Positions 36,875 to 46,472 of a stretch of 64,000 nucleotides of DNA are shown piece after piece. Below the pieces are notes generated by a model. It saw only the letters and a list, made by a program, of their open reading frames with translations, was not told the origin of the DNA and did no database searches. How positions within the stretch are numbered: position 1 is the first letter of the stretch; each line of letters begins with the position of its first letter. A program made the translations under genes and the position numbers. Source of the DNA: an uncultured Prevotella sp. (GTDB lineage Bacteria; Bacteroidota; Bacteroidia; Bacteroidales; Bacteroidaceae); contig CABVDL010000003.1 of the NCBI GenBank assembly GCA_902497035.1, forward strand, positions 2,836 to 66,835, read 5' to 3'.

Positions 36875-39800
36875 ATGAAACCAAAAACCAAACCCAAGGA
36901 GGGACTGTCGTCTCTTGCAGGGAAGGCTATGTTCCCTACAGGGCGATGGCTTGCCATGGCCAGCCTCTCAGTTATGCTTGCTGCCCCAGGCATCGCAGAG
37001 TGCAAGGCAAGTGCTGCTCCCCCGACAGCCATCACGCTTGTGGTTCACAAGAAAACCATCAAGGAGGCTCTGACCCTGTTGGAGAAAACTTATGGCTACG
37101 CGTTCTTCTATTCCTCGGGGATTCTTGACACCTCGCGCCGCATCACGCTCAACCTTCGTGGCCTGTCCATCGACGCCGTCATGAGGCAGCTGCTCAATGG
37201 CACCGGCTGTACTTACTCCATTAGCGGAAAGAAGGTGTACATCGACGTGGCAGCCTACAAGACACCCAAGAGCCAACAGACAGCGAAACGCCCGTCAGCG
37301 GCACAGACACACCGCCTCACAGGTCTCGTCACCGACGCCAACACAGGCGAGCCGCTAATTGGCGTGACGGTGCAGGCCAAGGGCGAGGAAAGCCACGGCA
37401 CGATTACCGACATCGACGGCAAGTACTCGATGGACGTGTCGAACAACACAGAACTCGTATTCTCCTATATAGGCTATAAACCACAGACCCTGTTAGTCAA
37501 CGACCTCGGCGTGCTCAACGTGAAGCTGCACACCGACAACGAGATTATCGACGAGGTGGTGGTCGTCGGTGCCGGTACGCAGAAGAAAGTGTCGGTGACA
37601 GGCTCCATTGCCGCCATCCGCGGTACCGACCTTGTGGCACCAACTTCGTCATTGACCAGCAATCTCGCCGGCAAACTGTCGGGCATCATCTCAACTACAT
37701 CGAGTGGTGAGCCAGGATCCACGTCATCATTCTACATCCGTGGCATCAGCACATTCGGCGGGCGTACCACACCGCTCATCCTGCTTGACGGTGTGGAGAT
37801 AACCCCCACTGACCTCAACAACCTGCCTTCCGAGAGCATCGAAAGCTTTTCCATTCTTAAAGATGCCTCAGCCACAGCAATCTATGGAGCCCGTGGTGCC
37901 AACGGCGTGATGCTGGTCACTACCAAGAGTGGACAAGAGAACATGAAGGCAAGGGTAAATGTCAAGTTTGAAACCTCACTGTCGCATCCCGTCAACGTGG
38001 TGGAGTATGCCGACGGATCCACCTACATGCGCACCTACAACGAGGCTCAGCTTGCACGCAACCCAGAAGCGGAGCCACGTTATTCGGCTACGCAGATTGC
38101 CAACACCGAGAGCCAACTCAACCCCTACGTCTATCCCGATGTTGACTGGTACGACCTGATGTTTAACGACTACACCTACAATCAGCGAGCCAACGTTAAT
38201 ATCACTGGTGGCGGATCACGTGTAACCTATTACATGGGGCTACAGGCAAACCACGATAACGGCATCATCAAGACTCCTAAAAATTATTCCATCAAAAACA
38301 ACTATAACCGCTGGCAGTACACCTTTCAGAACAACATCGGTTACAAGCTGACACCAACGACGCAACTGGACCTGCGCCTCAATGCCCAGATTGGATCGTC
38401 AAAATCTCCCAATCTGTCATTTGGGGAAATTTTCCGCTCCATCTACATCAACAACCCTGTCACCTTCCCTGCCTACTATCCTAAAGAGCCGGGCAGCAAC
38501 AGGATAAGGTTCGGCTCAAAAATAAAGGACACGGGACAGTATTTCACCAATCCATTTGCCTACATGGCCAACACATTCAGGCAAACAAACACCAACAAGC
38601 TGAACATATCGCTCAACATTGACCAGAAGTTTGACTTCATCACCAAGGGGCTGTCGGTAACTGCCTTAGTCAATTTCAACAACTATTCCGAGAAGTATTA
38701 TTCGCGCTCGCTTCAGCCTTATCTGTATATGGTTAATCCTTTGTCATATAGTGATGAGGATCCGGATTATTATGAGCTTGAGCTGTTGCAAACCGGCTCA
38801 GACTACATCAGCCAATCGGGTGTATCACGATTCAGCAACAATACCTTTTATCTGGATGCGCGTGTCAACTATGTCCGTTCCTTCGGTTTGCATAACATCA
38901 CCGGCATGCTGATGTATATGATGAGAGAGTACAGTGCCGATGCCCTGCCTAACCGCAACCAAGGCTTCTCAGGACGTGCCACCTACGACTACGACAACCG
39001 CTATCTCTTAGAGTTTAATTTCGGCTATAACGGTACGGAACGCTTGAAACACCGTCGGTTCGAATTCTTTCCAGCCGTTTCTGTGGGCTGGGTTGCGAGC
39101 GGTGAGAAGTTTTGGGCACCCATTGCCAAGTACGTCGACTTCTTCAAGGCCCGCGCCTCCTACGGACTGGTAGGCTCAGACGAGACAGGTGCCAATGCAG
39201 GCGCGCCTCACTTCCTGTACCTTGACGAGGTGAACATGGTTGGCGGAGAGAGCTTCGCATCAGGATATTCCGGCTCGGAGCGTCGTGCCGGCGGCAAGGT
39301 CATATCATACGCCACGCTCAATCCTCACTGGGAGCGGGCAAAAGAGTTCGATGTGGGTGCCGACCTGCGCCTGTTCAACCAGATTAACGTCACTTTCGAC
39401 TATTATCATTACAAACGCGACCGCATTCTCATGAAGCGTGCCTCATTTCCTCAGATTTTGGGCTACGACACGGCCGTACCCTGGAGCAATATCGGCAAGG
39501 TGGATAGCAAAGGGTTGGAGTTCAGTGTCAACTGGTCCAAGCACTTCAACAAGGACCTGTCTATGGACTTGCGATTCAACTACACCTACACACGCAATAA
39601 GTATGTCTACATAGATGAGCCCGACTATCCTTATGTATGGCAGATAAATACGGGTAAGTCACTTGACCACATGACAGGGTACATCGCCGACGGTTTGTTC
39701 AAAGACCAGGCCGACATTGACAAACATGCCTCTCAGTCATCGCTCGGCAGCACTACCATAATGCCCGGAGACATCAAGTATCGTGACATCAATGGCGATG

Positions 39801-40303
39801 GCATCATTACTGCCGAAGACCAGGTCGTGCTGTCCGATTATGGATGGACACCACGCGTGCAGTATGGTATCGGTGCAAGTTTCACATGGAAGAAAGTCGA
39901 TTTCAGCGTATTCTTCAACGGATCTGCCAAACGGAAAATCATGATTAACAACATCTATCCGTTTTGCGCCAATGACGGAAATGATTTCAACCTGATGAAA
40001 TGGATTGCCGACAGCCACTGGAGTGAGGGAGCCGACAACTCCAATGTGATATATCCACGCCTTGGCGTACTGACCACTCAGATAGGCAACAACATGCAGC
40101 CCAGCAGCTACTGGATACGCAATGGCAGGTTCATACGATTCAAGACGCTTGAGATAGGCTACTCATTCCCCATCTGCCGTGTCTATTTCAGTGGTGACAA
40201 CATTGCCGTTTGGTCGCCTTTCAAGTATTGGGACCCGGAACTGAATTATATCACTTATCCGCTGTCGCGTACCTTCAATCTTGGTGTACAGTTCAATATA
40301 TAG
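36875..40303 (+). CDS. SusC/RagA TonB-dependent transporter with N-terminal STN-like signalling extension
   Basis: GEPLIGVTV, LKDASATAIYGARGANGV, PGDIKYRDINGDG and YPLSRTFNLGVQF motifs. Confidence 0.96.
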   Translation: MKPKTKPKEGLSSLAGKAMFPTGRWLAMASLSVMLAAPGIAECKASAAPPTAITLVVHKKTIKEALTLLEKTYGYAFFYSSGILDTSRRITLNLRGLSIDAVMRQLLNGTGCTYSISGKKVYIDVAAYKTPKSQQTAKRPSAAQTHRLTGLVTDANTGEPLIGVTVQAKGEESHGTITDIDGKYSMDVSNNTELVFSYIGYKPQTLLVNDLGVLNVKLHTDNEIIDEVVVVGAGTQKKVSVTGSIAAIRGTDLVAPTSSLTSNLAGKLSGIISTTSSGEPGSTSSFYIRGISTFGGRTTPLILLDGVEITPTDLNNLPSESIESFSILKDASATAIYGARGANGVMLVTTKSGQENMKARVNVKFETSLSHPVNVVEYADGSTYMRTYNEAQLARNPEAEPRYSATQIANTESQLNPYVYPDVDWYDLMFNDYTYNQRANVNITGGGSRVTYYMGLQANHDNGIIKTPKNYSIKNNYNRWQYTFQNNIGYKLTPTTQLDLRLNAQIGSSKSPNLSFGEIFRSIYINNPVTFPAYYPKEPGSNRIRFGSKIKDTGQYFTNPFAYMANTFRQTNTNKLNISLNIDQKFDFITKGLSVTALVNFNNYSEKYYSRSLQPYLYMVNPLSYSDEDPDYYELELLQTGSDYISQSGVSRFSNNTFYLDARVNYVRSFGLHNITGMLMYMMREYSADALPNRNQGFSGRATYDYDNRYLLEFNFGYNGTERLKHRRFEFFPAVSVGWVASGEKFWAPIAKYVDFFKARASYGLVGSDETGANAGAPHFLYLDEVNMVGGESFASGYSGSERRAGGKVISYATLNPHWERAKEFDVGADLRLFNQINVTFDYYHYKRDRILMKRASFPQILGYDTAVPWSNIGKVDSKGLEFSVNWSKHFNKDLSMDLRFNYTYTRNKYVYIDEPDYPYVWQINTGKSLDHMTGYIADGLFKDQADIDKHASQSSLGSTTIMPGDIKYRDINGDGIITAEDQVVLSDYGWTPRVQYGIGASFTWKKVDFSVFFNGSAKRKIMINNIYPFCANDGNDFNLMKWIADSHWSEGADNSNVIYPRLGVLTTQIGNNMQPSSYWIRNGRFIRFKTLEIGYSFPICRVYFSGDNIAVWSPFKYWDPELNYITYPLSRTFNLGVQFNI

Positions 40304-40342
40304 TTACAGATACCACAAATGTTATAAGACAAACATATAAAT

Positions 40343-42337
40343 ATGAAATCAAGATACAGTTTCATTAAACGTCAGGCAAGGACAGGCATGCTTTACATAG
40401 CATTGCTTATGTGCGGCACCGGATGGCTCGCATCCTGCGACTACCTTGATGTAGTGCCAGTAGAGCAACCGGGCATAAGCGACTTGATGAAAGATGCCAA
40501 TGATGTCAGAAACATGCTATACTCGTGTTATGGATACATTCAGAACGAGAATTGCGACATGCCCAGTCCAAAGACGGTCGATGGCATGAGCGACGACCTT
40601 GTTCAGCCACAGGAGTGGGAAAACCTAAGCAATATGTGCCAATGGAATATAATATCCCCGTCAAACACACACCATTGGAGTAGTGAATATCCTTGGAAAG
40701 TATGGTATAATGCCATTGGATACTGCAACCAGTTCCTACAGCAGATTTCACAAATCAACTTCGACTTTTCGAGCAGCACCAAAAAACAATACATTGCTGA
40801 GGTTAATTTTCTGAAGGCATACTATCATTTCCGCCTGTTGAGCCTTTATGGCCCTATACCTATCGTAGACAGACAGCCTAGCCAGAACATCGCAAAGGCT
40901 GACTTGCCCGGCCGTTCACATTATGACTTTTGCGTGAAATACATTGACAGCCTGCTAACAGTAGCAGCGCCAGACCTGCCTGCCGTCTATTCGAGCAACA
41001 CCGAATATGGACGTGCCACCTCTGTCATGTGTAAGGCGCTGAGTGCCAAGATGCACGTCATTGCCGCCTCTCCGCTGTGGAACGGCGACTTTCCAGACCG
41101 CACTTGGAAAAACAAGAACTACCAGACTCCAGGCTACGGCTATGAGTTAGTAAGCCACGCTTACGATGCCACAAAATGGGAGAAAGCACGACAGGCTTGT
41201 GTGCAAGCCATCAGCGCCGCCGAGGCTGCCGGACACAAACTTTTCACCGTGGAGGAGGCTGAGGCACAGCGCTTGAAAGACAATGTGCCATTGCCTGACA
41301 TTCCGGGCAATGTCGATGACGACTTTAAGAAAAAGGTCGTGACCATGCGCTATCTGATGGCCTCGCGTCCGGACATGGGAAATACGGAGGTTCTCTGGGC
41401 CATAGAACCAAAGGAAACCAACATCGGACAGGATTTATATGTCATAAGCTCCGTACCGAACTATGTCATCACGTCCACCATAGGGCAACGCATGGGATGC
41501 TGGGGCGGACTGTCTGCGACACTGTATTCCGTGGAGCATTTTTACACAAAAGACGGTTTGTGTCCGGAAGATGATCCGAACTTTACGCCAGAGATCAACT
41601 GGTTCAAGTCGGCCGGCATAGCTTCCAACAGTGACATCATCAACCTGTGCGTAGGACGCGAACCAAGATTCTATGCTTGGATTTCTTTCGATGGCGACCA
41701 GTACAGTTCTGTAATGGCAAACCGTAGTCCGCTCTACGTACATATGCGGCAAGGCCAATATCAAGGCTATGATGTTACGATACACGGAACACGCAACTAT
41801 AGTCCGACAGGTTTCCTGAATAAGAAATGGGTGTCCCCTAATTTCTATATGACCCAAAGCAGCGCTGAGGGTAACCATGATGACCTGTATTATCCCAAGT
41901 CCATGATGCGACTTGGTGAACTTTATCTTGACCTCGCTGAGTGCGACGCGCATCTTGGAGGACAGTATGAGGCAGAGGCCTTTACCTATCTGAACAAAAT
42001 ACGTGAAAGGGCAGGAGTGCCAGACTTGACGGCGCAAATGCTCACTATGGCCAACAAGACGCTGCTACAGGCAGTTCTCGGCGAAAGGTTTATTGAACTT
42101 TATGCAGAGCATTCCAGATATTATGACATCCGCCGCTACGTGCAAGGTCCGAAATATCTCAGTAAGTCGTGCTATATGGGATTGAACGCTATGCGTACAA
42201 ACCCGTCGTTTGAAGAGTTCAACACTCCGACGCCAATTCCCCAACCTTTCTCCTGGAACAACCGGCAGTATCTGCTGCCCGTGACATCAAGTGAAATCTA
42301 CTCCAATCCACAGATGGTGCAGGCACCGGGCTATTAA
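40343..42337 (+). CDS. SusD/RagB glycan-binding lipoprotein
   Basis: LASCDYLDVVP lipobox, FLKAYYHF..YGPIPI, REPRFY, IRERAG, ERFIEL..E..RYYDIRR, ends QAPGY. Confidence 0.95.
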   Translation: MKSRYSFIKRQARTGMLYIALLMCGTGWLASCDYLDVVPVEQPGISDLMKDANDVRNMLYSCYGYIQNENCDMPSPKTVDGMSDDLVQPQEWENLSNMCQWNIISPSNTHHWSSEYPWKVWYNAIGYCNQFLQQISQINFDFSSSTKKQYIAEVNFLKAYYHFRLLSLYGPIPIVDRQPSQNIAKADLPGRSHYDFCVKYIDSLLTVAAPDLPAVYSSNTEYGRATSVMCKALSAKMHVIAASPLWNGDFPDRTWKNKNYQTPGYGYELVSHAYDATKWEKARQACVQAISAAEAAGHKLFTVEEAEAQRLKDNVPLPDIPGNVDDDFKKKVVTMRYLMASRPDMGNTEVLWAIEPKETNIGQDLYVISSVPNYVITSTIGQRMGCWGGLSATLYSVEHFYTKDGLCPEDDPNFTPEINWFKSAGIASNSDIINLCVGREPRFYAWISFDGDQYSSVMANRSPLYVHMRQGQYQGYDVTIHGTRNYSPTGFLNKKWVSPNFYMTQSSAEGNHDDLYYPKSMMRLGELYLDLAECDAHLGGQYEAEAFTYLNKIRERAGVPDLTAQMLTMANKTLLQAVLGERFIELYAEHSRYYDIRRYVQGPKYLSKSCYMGLNAMRTNPSFEEFNTPTPIPQPFSWNNRQYLLPVTSSEIYSNPQMVQAPGY

Positions 42338-42361
42338 TTCCAACTTATTGTTAGACAATAA

Positions 42362-43408
42362 ATGAAGATTATCATGAATTCAAGATACAGAAACCTTCTC
42401 CTCTTGACAGGCTTCAGTCTGTTGCTTACCAGTTGTGGAAAGGAAAGCATCAGCGAGTTTTTCCCTGAGGAATACTACAAGATACTGTACGTCAAGGGAG
42501 ATGCCCAAAAGAACGTAGTTCTGAACACTACGCAGGGTGTCATCGGCGACACGATTGTTGTGCTCAAAAGTGGCGCTTATCCAGAAACGAGGTCAACAGT
42601 TGCCCTTAGCATAATGTCTGAAGATGATGTAATAAACGACTGGAACCTTGAGGCTGGCAGTTTCAAGATATTACCGTCCAATGCCTATGAGTTGCCTGCC
42701 GGTGATGTCACTATGGCTGCTGACGAATGGTACAAGGACCTGGCTTTCTCTTACGACCCGGCTGAGATTTACAAATCCGTCAAGGCAGACAGAAATGTGA
42801 CATGGGTGCTGCCGCTTCGGCTGACAAGCACTGACAGCAGTGTAAACAAGGACAAAGATCACATTTTGTTGGAATTTAACGTAAGTTCGCCGATAATTGT
42901 TTGGACGGCCACTGACGTGAGAACTACCATTCTTGATGACATACTACACGTGAGCCTCAGCATCGCTTTGGATAAGCCCGGCATGACTTCCTATTCTATC
43001 ACGTGCCAGCCGGAAGTTGAAAATGCAGATGCGGTTGTACGACAATACAACGATTCACTGGGAACTAACTATGAAGCAATGCCTGCAAATGCCTACAGTT
43101 TCACCCCTGTTACACTGTCTCCAGACAACAATACGGGTGTTTCCGACCTCCGCATTGTGAGAGAATCACTTAAAATCGGACACTCCTATCTGTTGCCTGT
43201 CAGCCTTGGTGCTCTGTCGAGCGACATTGTTGACAAATCTAATGAATTGAGGTATGTCATTGTCAACTATATTGACGAAAGCCAGATTGAAGTGCTTCAG
43301 GAAAATGCAGATGGAACGTATATCCAAGGCACCAAAGGAAACAGCGGAAAGACTGTTGACAGTTCCGACGAAGTACTGAGTAAGAAGAATAACTTTTCCA
43401 ACCCTTAA
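42362..43408 (+). CDS. PUL lipoprotein with tandem DUF1735 (BT_3987-like) domains
   Basis: Lipobox LTSC; two repeats of LPxNAY ... (W/Y)xLP(L/V)xL. Confidence 0.75.
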   Translation: MKIIMNSRYRNLLLLTGFSLLLTSCGKESISEFFPEEYYKILYVKGDAQKNVVLNTTQGVIGDTIVVLKSGAYPETRSTVALSIMSEDDVINDWNLEAGSFKILPSNAYELPAGDVTMAADEWYKDLAFSYDPAEIYKSVKADRNVTWVLPLRLTSTDSSVNKDKDHILLEFNVSSPIIVWTATDVRTTILDDILHVSLSIALDKPGMTSYSITCQPEVENADAVVRQYNDSLGTNYEAMPANAYSFTPVTLSPDNNTGVSDLRIVRESLKIGHSYLLPVSLGALSSDIVDKSNELRYVIVNYIDESQIEVLQENADGTYIQGTKGNSGKTVDSSDEVLSKKNNFSNP

Positions 43409-43420
43409 AAACTTATAATT

Positions 43421-44860
43421 ATGAGAACCTTTGTTTTACATTCTCTTTGCCTGATGATGGCCTTGTTGGCCACGGCACGTATTGTGGCAGATACTGTCAC
43501 GCAAGATGGTGTTTCCTATACCCTGAATGCTGACAATTCCGGGTATACGTTGACAAGTGGCAAAGGTCTGACAGTAACAGACTTAGTCATTCCAAATGAG
43601 ATTAACGGCCTGCCTGTAACAGAGATTGGCGATAATGCGTTTAACGCTTATCAAGGCTTCAATGGCAATCTGTTCACTGTCACAATCCCAGCCAATGTCA
43701 CGAGAATGGGCGAAAACGCTTTCACTTATTGCACAAAATTGACCACAGTCACATTCGAAAAAGGCAGCAAGCTGAAGTCTATGGGTGACCGATGTCTCGC
43801 CCAGTGCTTTCAATTGTCAGAAATCACCATTCCTGCCTCTGTCGAGACTATCGGCCACTCGGCATTTAATGGATGCCACACCTTAAAACGGGTCATATTT
43901 GAGAATGACAGCCAACTCAAGTCCATTGGTAACTGGTGCTTCCAATTTACTGAGGCCATGACGGAGATGAATTTGGAAGCATGCCAGCAATTGCAGACAC
44001 TTGGCGACTGTACCCTTTACTTTATATCTGATACGGAATGGGGATCAAACCGTGTGGAAACCCTTGTTCTTCCGTCAACCTTGACAAGCATAGGGGAAAA
44101 TTGCTTTGCCTCCCTCAAGCAAATGAAAGCTTTGGTATTTTTGGGGAAAAAGAATTGGTCGGACTACACCGTAGGTTCTTATCCTTTTTTTAATTCGAAA
44201 GGCACCGTCTATTACAATAGGGACTACGTGTTTCCCGAATCTTTCTCGGGCGGCACCGACCAGGAACCTTACTCTATTAAAACCGCAGGCGTGGAGAACC
44301 CCGTTGGGCTTGCAAATGTTGGAGATGCCAAATATGCTACATATGCTCTCCACACAGCTACAGTTGATTATGGGAAAGTCGCCGGGTTGAGCGCTTACAA
44401 GGCCACCTACAACAGTTCACGCAGCACTATTACCCTTACTCCTGTGACAACCGTAGCAAAGGATGAGGCTGTCGTGCTGAAGGCAGACACGGCCGGGTAT
44501 TACGTGCTTACAGGTGCTGAAGATGAGGGCACCAAGTCATCGGACAACGACCTGAAAATCTCTGATGGCACTGTTTCCGGTGACGGTACCACTATCTGGG
44601 TGTTGGCCAACAAGGACGAAGGCGTGGGCTTTTATCCTCTGGCAGAGGGTGTAGCAGTACCTTATGGTAAGGCTTACCTTCAGATTGACGGCGGCACAGC
44701 AGCCAAATATCTGCCGTTTGAAAACACGCCTACAGCAATCAGCAGCATTAAGGTCAACGACGATGCCGGAAAGCAATACTTCAATCTCTCAGGGCAGCGC
44801 GTCACCAGAAATTACCGTGGGATTATTGTAACCAAGAACGGAAAGTATATTAATAAGTAA
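43421..44860 (+). CDS. Secreted BspA-type LRR protein with Prevotella-type C-terminal sorting tail
   Basis: Signal peptide; IPNEINGLPVTEIGDNAF and IPASVETIGHSAF repeats; tail TAISSI...YFNLSGQRV...GIIVTKNGKYINK. Confidence 0.85.
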   Translation: MRTFVLHSLCLMMALLATARIVADTVTQDGVSYTLNADNSGYTLTSGKGLTVTDLVIPNEINGLPVTEIGDNAFNAYQGFNGNLFTVTIPANVTRMGENAFTYCTKLTTVTFEKGSKLKSMGDRCLAQCFQLSEITIPASVETIGHSAFNGCHTLKRVIFENDSQLKSIGNWCFQFTEAMTEMNLEACQQLQTLGDCTLYFISDTEWGSNRVETLVLPSTLTSIGENCFASLKQMKALVFLGKKNWSDYTVGSYPFFNSKGTVYYNRDYVFPESFSGGTDQEPYSIKTAGVENPVGLANVGDAKYATYALHTATVDYGKVAGLSAYKATYNSSRSTITLTPVTTVAKDEAVVLKADTAGYYVLTGAEDEGTKSSDNDLKISDGTVSGDGTTIWVLANKDEGVGFYPLAEGVAVPYGKAYLQIDGGTAAKYLPFENTPTAISSIKVNDDAGKQYFNLSGQRVTRNYRGIIVTKNGKYINK

Positions 44861-44895
44861 ACATCTTAATAATAACATCTCAATAATAACTTTAC

Positions 44896-46386
44896 ATGAA
44901 AAAAAAGAAAACAATTGCAAGCGTGACCAAGACGCTGGCAACTCCACTATTCTGCCTCGCTCTCCCACTCATTGCCTGCAGTAATACTTTGGAAATACCC
45001 ACCATGCAGCCACAGCCAAACGTGACAGACACCACAACCATAAAGGATAATGTGTCTGGCGACTACTACGACTGGACTGTCACTGGCAAGCCGGAGCGAC
45101 CCTACATCAATGACTACACGCAGTGCATGTTTATGAAGTTTGATGTGGCGTATCCAGACAACAAAGGCGGGTCAAACGTTGTAATGAATTACGAACAGGC
45201 ACTTGACAATATCAAGAAAATTGACGCAGTAACCCGTGGTGTGAAAAAGATCGTCTATCTTGTAGGTTACCAATACAATGGACATGATACCGGTTACCCA
45301 GCCCTCAGCCTGTTTAACAAAGCGCTGAAGCGTGAACAGGACGCTACGCCGCGTGCAAGTTACCTATGGTTGAAGAAAGAGGCTGCAAAATACAACACTA
45401 TCGTCTCAGTACACACAAATCTTAACGATGCCTGGATGTCAAGCCCCTTATGGCATACTTACTACAAGAATGACCTGCTGTGCAAGAACAGCGACGGATC
45501 ATTGGTAGCCTATGGCACTAACAAGGACATGTACAGGGTGAACCTGGTAAAAGAGTGGAAATTAGGCTACTTGCAAAAGCGTATTGACGAGGCGACCGAG
45601 CAACTCGACCTAAAGTCAGGCGGTACCGTACACTTGGACGTGTTCCATCCGGAGCCAAGCCCATACCACAATGTCACTATGGAGGATGTCAACGTCGTAC
45701 TGCGAAAGGTGCTGCGATATTGGCGTGACAAAGGCGTGGATGTAACGTCGGAAGATTTGTGGAACTGGGACCATTCACGTACTGATCCTTTCTTTGGGCT
45801 GCGCCCAGCCGTGTGGTGGAACAACCTGTCAGAGGATGAACATGTCAAGGTGCGGCCACAGCTGTCTGCAGGTGGAGAGTGCGGCTTCGTCGGCTTACCA
45901 CCGTCACAAGACCTTGGCTTTCTGTTCGGAAACAACATGCACGCCGAGGAACTGGTACATCCCGGCATGAGCTTCAAGGAGTTCAAGAAACAGTTCTGCG
46001 AGAAATCTTTGCACTACTTTTTCCTTAACAAGCATGAGCTGGTGAACTATGACAAGGCTAACAAGATTGCATATTATTCCGACGGCGTGGTGGTGAGCTG
46101 GAACGACCGCAGCGTGAAGCAAAACGGCAACCTGCTACGTCAAAATGGCGACATTCTGCTCCCTGCCGTATGGATTACCGGCCACAAAGAGCTCATCGCA
46201 TACTCAGAGGGCGGTTATACCAACAAGACATGGAAACTACCTGACGACTGGAGCAAAGTGCAGACGGTGACAACGCGCCCCATCACAGAGAACGGACTTG
46301 GAGAATCTCAGACCTACAACGTGGTGAATGGCAGTCTTACGCTAAGCATGGCGGCCGGTGACATGTATTCTGTCCAGCCAGAATAG
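44896..46386 (+). CDS. Putative glycoside hydrolase lipoprotein, distantly GH101/GH129-like
   Basis: Lipobox LIAC; IVYLVGYQYNGHDTGYP, VSVHTNLNDA, TVHLDVF and DVTSE motifs; PUL context. Confidence 0.6.
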   Translation: MKKKKTIASVTKTLATPLFCLALPLIACSNTLEIPTMQPQPNVTDTTTIKDNVSGDYYDWTVTGKPERPYINDYTQCMFMKFDVAYPDNKGGSNVVMNYEQALDNIKKIDAVTRGVKKIVYLVGYQYNGHDTGYPALSLFNKALKREQDATPRASYLWLKKEAAKYNTIVSVHTNLNDAWMSSPLWHTYYKNDLLCKNSDGSLVAYGTNKDMYRVNLVKEWKLGYLQKRIDEATEQLDLKSGGTVHLDVFHPEPSPYHNVTMEDVNVVLRKVLRYWRDKGVDVTSEDLWNWDHSRTDPFFGLRPAVWWNNLSEDEHVKVRPQLSAGGECGFVGLPPSQDLGFLFGNNMHAEELVHPGMSFKEFKKQFCEKSLHYFFLNKHELVNYDKANKIAYYSDGVVVSWNDRSVKQNGNLLRQNGDILLPAVWITGHKELIAYSEGGYTNKTWKLPDDWSKVQTVTTRPITENGLGESQTYNVVNGSLTLSMAAGDMYSVQPE

Positions 46387-46407
46387 TTTTAGGTTAAATT
46401 TTGGCAG

Positions 46408-46447
46408 GCCGCGCCCCCAGTAGTCTTTTCCAGGGCGCGGTCTTTTT
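46408..46447 (+). terminator. Intra-PUL intrinsic terminator / attenuator
   Basis: GCCGCGCCC / GGGCGCGGT stem followed by CTTTTT. Confidence 0.6.
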
Positions 46448-46472
46448 GAAAAACAACGTCAATTCTTTATTT

